From positions 128,001 through 192,000 of the forward strand of contig JALHMH010000004.1 in assembly GCA_022844165.1 (NCBI GenBank): 64,000 nt of DNA, given 5' to 3'. Numbering within the stretch: the first letter of the stretch is position 1; each line of letters starts with the position of its first letter. Origin of the DNA: Lysobacterales bacterium (lineage in GTDB: Bacteria > Pseudomonadota > Gammaproteobacteria > Xanthomonadales > SZUA-5). Position numbers and translations under genes: made by a program. Positions 51,020-58,251 of this stretch are shown piece by piece. A model generated the notes under the pieces. The model was not told where the DNA came from. It searched no databases and was given only the letters and a program-made list of their open reading frames with translations.

Positions 51020-51280
51020 GTCGAATCTCCCAATGCCTGGTCGGGCACGAGTGCCCTGCGAATCTGGGCGTCGGCAGGGGTGTCTACGGTCCTTGGCCGA
51101 CGCTGGTTTGGTGTTTCACAAGAGTGTCCGTTGTTTTCTCGTGTCTCGCGGCTTTCCGGCACTGCGCGTTGCAGCCATCGCATCGCTATGGCTTCTGGTT
51201 GTACCTGATCTGCGACGAGATCCATCGGAAACATGGGTCCATCTCTGTAAGCGCTACGTTAGTCGCGCTCTAAGGGGGCG

Positions 51281-51298
51281 TCTGTTCGCTGACGAACC
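51281..51298 (-). promoter_or_regulatory. Same palindromic site, between the entericidin and csbD2 genes
   Basis: Minus strand GGTTCGTCAGCGAACAGA. Confidence 0.5.
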
Positions 51299-51579
51299 AT
51301 GGCGTGGCCGGCGATCGACTTCGTCATGAGTGGTTCGAGTGGTTGGTCGCGCGCCGATCGAATCTGCCCGACTTCTGTGCCGGTGCGGCCGTCAAAGCCA
51401 ACGGTCACAGCGCTTTTCGGAGCGCTACGAACGCGTGGTATTGGTGTTCGGGTTTGCGACCGCTCATAGTGGCGTGGCGCACAGACCACCTAAACGAAGG
51501 CAGGGCAGCCTGTAGTGGCTATGCAGTCGAATCCAATCACTCGGCAGCACGGTACCCCTGGCAACGAAGGAGAAACTTC

Positions 51580-51777
51580 ATGATGAATTGGGATACGGCA
51601 CACAATGATTCAGCGCTGAAAGGCAAGCTCAAGACTCAATGGAGCAAGCTTTCCGACGTGCAGCTCGACTCGATCAAAGGCAAACGCCCGGCACTTCTGA
51701 GCACCATCCAAAGCGCGTACGGCGTGAGCAGCGACGAAGCCGAGAAGCAGGTCGCAAGCTTCGAGAAGCTCCACTGA
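51580..51777 (+). CDS. CsbD family stress protein (second copy)
   Basis: AAGGAG RBS; MNWD..KGKLK.QW.KL.D..L..I.G.R..L...IQ.AYG....EAEKQV..FE. Confidence 0.85.
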   Translation: MMNWDTAHNDSALKGKLKTQWSKLSDVQLDSIKGKRPALLSTIQSAYGVSSDEAEKQVASFEKLH

Positions 51778-52195
51778 TCGGGTCATGACCTTGCTCATCG
51801 CAAACGCCGTGTGCAAGTCAGCCAGCCAAATCAGAGTTGTTTCATGACCATCGGAGTTTAGGCTCTCGTGGGGCAAGACACGCGCCGGCACATGCCGGCG
51901 CGCTTGGTTTGTGCCGTAGCGATCATGCATCAGCTTCGATGACTGCGATTGTTGCGTTGGCCGATCGATAACCGCCTGTGTGGCGACGATGTCTTCGATC
52001 GGATTGCCCTTCGCATTGCCAGTCTGTAGCGAAGCCCACAAGTGTGTTTCCTTGAGTCGACCCGTGGTGGCCCGACCCGCTGTGTTTCGAGCGATTCTGG
52101 CAGCGCCCGCTCAACTGGCAATAGCGCCGAAGACGGGGCCCATGAGAGGCCCGTGGGCTCTCGCCGCCAATCTTCAGTTTGTGCCCATCACCACA

Positions 52196-52350
52196 CAAGA
52201 GTCCTTGATGAAGCTGGATCTTGTCATTTGAGTCAAGGCTTTGGCTTTTGCAGCCCCTTAAGTTAAGGGGCGCGCGAAGCGCGGGTTGTGGGCAATACGG
52301 TGTCTGGCGAAGCCAACAATGCTCGGCGGTCTGAGGCGAAGCCTCGCTAG
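52196..52350. repeat. Dispersed multi-hairpin element, copy 2
   Basis: Starts CAAGAGTCCTTGA, shares the 39-mer at 52308-52346, ends GCCTCGCTAG. Confidence 0.9.
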
Positions 52351-52357
52351 GAGCAGA

Positions 52358-52375
52358 TGTGCGCTACCGCACCGA
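52358..52375 (+). promoter_or_regulatory. Same palindromic site upstream of the MCE/Mla-type ABC operon
   Basis: TGTGCGCTACCGCACCGA. Confidence 0.5.
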
Positions 52376-52562
52376 TGACGACGGCGTTGCGGTGCAACTT
52401 TGAGACTCCTTATCGCTCCAGGGGATCACGTGAGCCTTCGTTGTACCTGCGTAGTCGGCTACTGGGTGGCAGTTCGTCTTGAGAGTTTGCAGGACTGGCC
52501 AGCCAGGTGCGTTCGTGGCGCAAATTGCCTCGACCTCAACCGCCCGGGCGTTTGCTGGGATC

Positions 52563-53696
52563 ATGCTCCAGCAAGCCAGCATTGACGCCGCCATCTCAAT
52601 GTCCGCCGATGCGCAATTGCGGCTCACCGGCGACTGGTCTGTGCGTGGTCTCAAGTCGATCGAGGCGCAGCTGGCTGCGCTGAATCCACCGTGCAGCAAG
52701 CCGCTGACCTTGAATTGCGCGGAGGTCCTGGCAATGGATACGGCCGGGGCATGGCTGCTGCAAAGCTTGCTGCTGCGGCTGCAGGCCAACAGCGTGGGCA
52801 CAAAGATCGACGGCTTAAAGCCTGCGTTTGCAAAGCGACTGGAAGTCGTCGCTGCGCAGTTGGCGGCTGCGGACAGCCAAAGAGCCCCAACAACCGCGGC
52901 AATGCGACCACTCGAGCGCCTCGGGCGCAGCGCCTTTGCGGTATGGGAGGAAACCTATGCGCTGCTCAGCTTTGTCGGCGAGACGGCAAAAACGCTGCTG
53001 CAATCGGCCCTGCAGCCCGCGCGCATTCGTTGGCGCCCGATTCTGTTCAACATTCGTGAGGCCGGCTTCAACGCGCTGCCGATCGTCGGTCTTCTATCGT
53101 TCTTGCTGGGCGTTGTCGTCGCCTACCAGGGCGCTGATCAGCTACGCCAATACGGCGCGAATATCTTCGTCGCCGATTTGGTGGGTGTGTCGATGCTGCG
53201 CGAGTTTGCGCCGTTGATCACGGCGATCATCATCGCCGGACGCTCCGGATCTGCCTACGCAGCTCAAATCGGCACCATGGCGGTCACCGAAGAGATCGAT
53301 GCGATGCGCACGCTCGGCATCGCGCCCATCGAAATGCTGGTGCTGCCCAAGCTCATCGCGATGCTCATCGCGCTGCCGTTGCTGACGGTGTTCGCCGATG
53401 TGCTGGGCATACTGGGCGGCATGCTGATGGCGCGCGAACAGCTCGACGTCGGGTACGTCGAGTTTCTCGATCGGTTGATTAAGGCAATCGTGATGACGAC
53501 GTACACCGTAGGCATCGGCAAAGCACCGGTCTTCGCGCTGATCATCGTGTTGGTGGGCTGTTTTCAGGGCTTTCGCACACGCGGCGGTGCCGACAGTGTC
53601 GGTCGTCAGACCACCCGTAGCGTCGTGCAGTCGATCTTTCTGGTCATCGTTGCCGATGCGCTGTTCTCGGTCGTGTTCAGCGCATTGGATATCTAG
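52563..53696 (+). CDS. MlaE-family ABC permease with N-terminal STAS domain
   Basis: L.GDW, MDTAGAWLL STAS; LREFAPL.TAIIIAGRSGSA.AAQIGTM...EEIDA, VG..TT.SVV. Confidence 0.9.
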   Translation: MLQQASIDAAISMSADAQLRLTGDWSVRGLKSIEAQLAALNPPCSKPLTLNCAEVLAMDTAGAWLLQSLLLRLQANSVGTKIDGLKPAFAKRLEVVAAQLAAADSQRAPTTAAMRPLERLGRSAFAVWEETYALLSFVGETAKTLLQSALQPARIRWRPILFNIREAGFNALPIVGLLSFLLGVVVAYQGADQLRQYGANIFVADLVGVSMLREFAPLITAIIIAGRSGSAYAAQIGTMAVTEEIDAMRTLGIAPIEMLVLPKLIAMLIALPLLTVFADVLGILGGMLMAREQLDVGYVEFLDRLIKAIVMTTYTVGIGKAPVFALIIVLVGCFQGFRTRGGADSVGRQTTRSVVQSIFLVIVADALFSVVFSALDI

Positions 53697-53698
53697 GC

Positions 53699-54517
53699 AT
53701 GGACGCCGGCGACGAGACGGTCATTGAGCTCAGCAAAGTCTCGACGCGATTTGGCGATCATGTGGTGCACCGCGAGATCGACTTGAGCGTCCGCCGTGCG
53801 GAGATATTCGCGCTGATCGGCGGCAGTGGCTCAGGCAAATCCACGCTGCTGCGCGAAATGATTCTGCTGCACCGACCGACCTCGGGCAAGATCAAAGTCC
53901 TTGGGAACGATCTGGATGCCCTGAGCGAAGCCGACGCCAGCGCGCTACGTCTACGCTGGGGCGTGATGTTCCAGCATGGCGGCCTTTTCGGCGCGCTGAA
54001 TGTGCGTGAGAACGTTGGCCTGCCGTTGCGCGAGCACACCAAGCTGTCTGACGCGCTGATCGATTCGCTGGCCGAATGGAAGCTGACGATGGCCGGTCTT
54101 GGGCTGGAGGTGGGCACGCAATTTCCCAACGAGCTCAGCGGCGGAATGATGAAACGCGCATCGCTGGCGCGAGCACTGGTGCTGGATCCGGAACTGCTCT
54201 TTCTCGATGAGCCGACAGCCGGGTTAGATCCCGTGAGCGCCACAGGCGTGGACGTCTTGGTGCTGAAGCTGCGCGAGCTGTTCGGCTTGACCATTGTGAT
54301 GATCACCCACGATCTGGATTTGCTGTGGCAAGTTGCCGATCGCGTTGCCGTGCTCGCCGATGGCCGCGTCGAAGCGGTCGGATCGATGGCAGACCTGGCC
54401 GCGATCGACCGCCCTGAGGTTCGTCAGTTTTTCGAGGGTGCGCGTGGCCGCGCGGCGCAGCAATCCGCAGCGCCCTCCAATCGCAATCAAGCCGGGACAT
54501 CATGGAAACCAAAGTGA
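53699..54517 (+). CDS. MlaF-like ABC ATP-binding protein
   Basis: GGSGSGKS, FQ.G.LF, LSGGM.KR, LFLDEPTAGLDP, ITHD. Confidence 0.92.
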   Translation: MDAGDETVIELSKVSTRFGDHVVHREIDLSVRRAEIFALIGGSGSGKSTLLREMILLHRPTSGKIKVLGNDLDALSEADASALRLRWGVMFQHGGLFGALNVRENVGLPLREHTKLSDALIDSLAEWKLTMAGLGLEVGTQFPNELSGGMMKRASLARALVLDPELLFLDEPTAGLDPVSATGVDVLVLKLRELFGLTIVMITHDLDLLWQVADRVAVLADGRVEAVGSMADLAAIDRPEVRQFFEGARGRAAQQSAAPSNRNQAGTSWKPK

Positions 54518-55449
54518 ACTATGCCCTCGTTGGGGTTTTCGTCATCGTCCTCGGTGCGGCTTTGGTTGCGGGCATCTTGTGGATCGCTTCCGGGGGCGAC
54601 TTCCAAAAGAGATACGACCTGTATCTATCGATCAGCGAGGAGTCCGTCGGCGGGCTGAATCTCAACGCGCCGGTGAAATACCTTGGGGTGGACGTCGGCA
54701 AGGTTCGCTCGATCGAGCTCGATCCGGTCGATCAGCAGCGCGTGCGGCTGGTGTTTGCGATCGAGCGCGGCACGCCAATCAAGGTGGATACCGTGGCGGT
54801 GCTCACCACGCAAGGTTTGACCGGCATCGCCTATGTCGAGCTCAACGGCGGCAGCAAAGATGCCGAGCCGCTGCGCGCGCGAGTGGTGGGCGACATGCCG
54901 ATCATCCTGACCAAGCCCTCATTGAGCGCGCGCCTGGAGAACGTGCTCACACAAGTTCTGGCAAAGCTGGATGGAACCTCGAGCAATGTCGATGCCGTGC
55001 TGAGCGACGAAAATCGGCGCAACTTCAGTGCGGCATTGGCCGATATTGCCACCGTGGCGCACACGATCTCCGCTCGCCAGAGTGATATCGATCGCGGGAT
55101 CGCGAGCGCTGCGACCACTTTGGAGAGCTCGGCAAAACTGATGGCTCGGTTGCAACCCGCATTGGACCAGATCAACCGCAGTGCTGCATCGATTGAGCGA
55201 TTCGGCACCGAGGCCACGGCCGCCTCCAGTCAAGCCGGGGAATCGATCGAATCGCTGGGCGCCGACCTGTCGCGGTTTGGCGCAGAAACGCTGCCAGAGA
55301 TGACCCGCCTGCTCGATGAACTCAATATCCTGGCCGCGTCCATGCGGCGCGTTGCCGAGCAAACCGAGCGCAGCCCGAACAGTCTGATCTTCGGCCGCAG
55401 CAAGGTGCCGGCCGGGCCCGGCGAATCGCCAATGGAACGAAAGCAATGA
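54502..55449 (+). CDS. MCE/MlaD family protein
   Basis: METKVNY.LVG.FV, SV.GL....PVKY.GV.VG.V, QGLTG..YVEL.GG, long helical tail. Confidence 0.9.
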   Translation: METKVNYALVGVFVIVLGAALVAGILWIASGGDFQKRYDLYLSISEESVGGLNLNAPVKYLGVDVGKVRSIELDPVDQQRVRLVFAIERGTPIKVDTVAVLTTQGLTGIAYVELNGGSKDAEPLRARVVGDMPIILTKPSLSARLENVLTQVLAKLDGTSSNVDAVLSDENRRNFSAALADIATVAHTISARQSDIDRGIASAATTLESSAKLMARLQPALDQINRSAASIERFGTEATAASSQAGESIESLGADLSRFGAETLPEMTRLLDELNILAASMRRVAEQTERSPNSLIFGRSKVPAGPGESPMERKQ

Positions 55450-56105
55450 ACGCTCTGTCGACTTCGAACGTGTTGCGGATCGGCGGCCTCGCAACTGCCC
55501 TTTTTTGGCTCGTCGGCTGCAGTGGACTGATCCCCAGGCCCACTCCGCAGGCGGCCTTCTACACCATCGATGTGGCGCCAGCGTCCGGCGCGCTGGCGCC
55601 GTCGATCAACGCCAAAGACATGCCCACGGTGCTCATCAGCGCGCCGCGCGCTGCTGCCGGGTATGACAGCCGGCAAATGATCTATGTGCGCCAGGACTAT
55701 CGCCTGCAATACTTCGCAGACAGCCAGTGGGTAGACACGCCAGCGCGCATGTTTGCACCCCTGATGGTGACCCACCTTGCCGCTGCCGGCGCATTTCAGG
55801 CGGTCTACACCGGCGCCAGCGCGGCGGCAGATCTGCGCCTGGATACCGAGATCGTTGTGCTCAAGCAGGACTTCCTCACGACGCCGAGCCGGGTTCGTTT
55901 CGTGTTGCGCGCTCACTTGATCGACGGGGTAAGCCGACGCGTGATCGCCGCACGCGATATTGAGGCCACCGTGGCGAGCGCCAGCGAAGACCCCTATGGT
56001 GGCGTGGTTGCTGCCAACGGCGCTGTTGGCAAGGTGCTGAGTCAGTTGAGCGAGTTCTGTGCTGAGGGCATTGAGGCGTGGCAAAAGCGCTCATCGACGC
56101 CCTGA
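55446..56105 (+). CDS. ABC-type transport auxiliary lipoprotein (PqiC/DUF330-like)
   Basis: Lipobox LVGC; P.A..GYDS..M.Y, YFA...W.D.PA.M, Q.F...PS.V motifs; last gene of the MCE operon. Confidence 0.85.
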   Translation: MNALSTSNVLRIGGLATALFWLVGCSGLIPRPTPQAAFYTIDVAPASGALAPSINAKDMPTVLISAPRAAAGYDSRQMIYVRQDYRLQYFADSQWVDTPARMFAPLMVTHLAAAGAFQAVYTGASAAADLRLDTEIVVLKQDFLTTPSRVRFVLRAHLIDGVSRRVIAARDIEATVASASEDPYGGVVAANGAVGKVLSQLSEFCAEGIEAWQKRSSTP

Positions 56106-56150
56106 TGGTGTGAATGCCTGTGACCCTGAGGCCGTTGCGCGGGCGGTCCA

Positions 56151-56469
56151 CTAGAGTCCTTGACGGAGACTGATCTCGACAAATGAGTCAAATTTTCTAC
56201 GAAGCGGCTTTGGCTTTTGAAGCCCCCTTGAGTCAAGGGGGCGCGCGGAGCGCGCGGTTGTGGCAAGTACGCTGCCGAACGAAGCCAACAATGCTCGGCG
56301 GTCTGAGGCGAAGCCTCGTTAGTGGTGTGTCACAAATACCTCTAACTAAAGTTCCGCACCTTTTGACCCGAATACGTCGTTGTTCGTCGTCGCCATGGCG
56401 CTGCTATGACGCCCGGCCCGGCGACGCAGCCGCCGGTCGTTCAAGCCAACTCGCGGCGTGCCGCCGGCT
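56151..56469. repeat. Dispersed multi-hairpin element, copy 3 (extended form)
   Basis: Starts CTAGAGTCCTTGACGG; 39-mer at 56280-56318; 56375-56469 matches copy 1 at 17895-17974. Confidence 0.88.
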
Positions 56470-56761
56470 GGGTGAAGGACAAGGCGACAAAAGAGAAACT
56501 CATCGTCGCCGTTGGCAATGTCGAAGGCGTCGATCAAGTAGAAGATCGACTTGTCGTTGGTGCGCCGCCCAAGTTCGATACGCCCGCCCCAGCAGCCACG
56601 CCGAGTCCGGCGGCCACCCCGATCATCGCCGAGGCCCCGATCCCGGTGGAAGCTTTGCCCACCAGGGAAGACGCGGAGAAGGACGCATTCGAGAGCCGTA
56701 CGCATGTGGTTGAAAAAGGGGACACGCTGTCGAAGATCGCGAAAGAGGTCTATGGCAATGC
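56459..56761 (+). pseudogene. Internal 303-bp duplicate fragment of the BON-LysM gene (46582-46884)
   Basis: Near-identical, 5 mismatches seen by eye; lacks both the start and the end of the LysM domain. Confidence 0.9.
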
Positions 56762-56921
56762 TCGTCGGCGGCCCGTTACAAGCGCCGGGACCGGGTGGCG
56801 TGTATGTGGCGGAGATCGACACGGCGCGTCACGACAAGCAGGGTAGCTGAGCACGCGGCGCTTTCCATGCCGCCAAAGCGATGGCATAACGTGCTTCCGT
56901 CCTGCTGGTCTGGAGCCCACG

Positions 56922-57353
56922 ATGGATACGCTCTCGGAAACGGTACGCCGGTGGTTCGAACGCGGCTGGAATCAGCGCGACAGGGCTTGTCTGCTCGACA
57001 TTTTGCATCCCGAGGTATCCGGCCAGGTCGAAGGCTCATTCCTCAGAGGCCCGGATGATTTTCTGGTTCGGATGTTCGAACCCTTCATCGCTGCCTTTCC
57101 GGATCTGCAAATCGAGGTTCGCGGCATCGTCCGCGAGGGCAACGAGGTCATGATTCGCTGGACGGCTCGCGGCACGCAGCTTGGCCCATTCGGGCCGATG
57201 CCAGCGAGCGGGTTGCGAGTCGAGTTCCGCGGCATGACATGGCAGCGGTACCAGGACGGGCGAATGATCGAAGGCGAAGACAGTTGGGATATGCAAGCCC
57301 TGGTGCAGGCGCTGCAATCGGGCGTGAGCGTCGGCTCGACCAGCGTGCTGTGA
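56922..57353 (+). CDS. SnoaL-like ester cyclase / NTF2-fold protein
   Basis: VRRWFE..WN, AFPDL, EG..V..RW...GT..G.F, SG..V.F.G. Confidence 0.85.
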   Translation: MDTLSETVRRWFERGWNQRDRACLLDILHPEVSGQVEGSFLRGPDDFLVRMFEPFIAAFPDLQIEVRGIVREGNEVMIRWTARGTQLGPFGPMPASGLRVEFRGMTWQRYQDGRMIEGEDSWDMQALVQALQSGVSVGSTSVL

Positions 57354-57369
57354 TCGCCGGCCTGGCTCT

Positions 57370-57837
57370 ATGACGCGCCCCGCGCCCAGCCCACGACGCC
57401 AACGAGAAAACGAGCAACGCCGCTTGCTGGCGCGGGCATTCCTCACCGCAGCCCTGATCTCCCTGCCGATCGCGTTCGTGCTGATGTTCGTTTTCGACTC
57501 AGGTTCGCCGCAAGGGCGTGGGCCGGAAACCGGTGCGGCGGATTTGTTGAGGCCGCTGCTGGCAATTGGATTCATGCTGATCAGCGCGACGTTTGCGGCT
57601 GTGATTGGCGCGTTGACCGCTGCCATTGTCTGGTTGGCGTTGAAGTTTGAACGCGCCTGGCTGGGATTTGTGCTGACGCTGCTCGTCGCCGCTGGTCTGG
57701 CGCTGATCGGTGAGGACCACAGCTGGTCGCGCTGGCTGCAAATCGTCTTCTTGTGGTGGATGCCGGCGACCATTTCCGTCTGGTTTTACGGATCGCCCAA
57801 GCCCAGGCTTGATCGCGGCTGGTCCAACTGCCAGTGA
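57370..57837 (+). CDS. Hypothetical membrane protein (about 4 TM)
   Basis: Four hydrophobic segments; 16 nt after the previous stop. Confidence 0.6.
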   Translation: MTRPAPSPRRQRENEQRRLLARAFLTAALISLPIAFVLMFVFDSGSPQGRGPETGAADLLRPLLAIGFMLISATFAAVIGALTAAIVWLALKFERAWLGFVLTLLVAAGLALIGEDHSWSRWLQIVFLWWMPATISVWFYGSPKPRLDRGWSNCQ

Positions 57838-58104
57838 GCATTCATTGTGCCTGGCTTAGTTTTCGATCGGAGATGCCAGCGACAGGTTTCTCGATGGTCT
57901 GGCAGAAGACATCAAGGCCGCTGCTTACGCCTTACCGTTCCTGTTCCTCGCCTTCCCATTGGCGCCGCCGTGGCGACGGACCTGGCGCTGGGCGACCAGA
58001 GCGCGAGACAAAGCCGAAAGCCGATCGCCGCAATAATCTGGTCCGGCATCGGTGGCGCGTCCGCTGCTTCCGGCGCGGATCGCAAACTGGAGGCACGCGC
58101 CCTC

Positions 58105-58208
58105 CGTTCGGATGCGGACGTCCCGTCCGCTTCCGGACGCCGCCCGGGCAGTTGGCCCTGACATTTCGTGGCTCCGTGTGATTCCGTGCAGCTGGCATAG
58201 TTTCTGCT
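58105..58208 (+). promoter_or_regulatory. Sigma-54 promoter with two upstream palindromes
   Basis: TGGCATAGTTTCTGCT at 58193-58208 (GG-N10-GC); CGTTCG-N4-CGGACG at 58105-58120 and CGTCCG-N4-CGGACG at 58124-58139. Confidence 0.65.
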
Positions 58209-58251
58209 GGTTGCGGACATCGCCCGCACGGGCAAAAAGAGGGCGGACCCC

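Noticed and set aside
51780-52195. Short ORFs in the gap between csbD2 and element copy 2
   Set aside because: No RBS, motif or family resemblance; left unannotated.
56406-56846. 146-aa ORF as a second functional LysM gene
   Set aside because: Its start lies within the repeat element and the LysM domain is cut after YGNA; it is a chimeric fragment.
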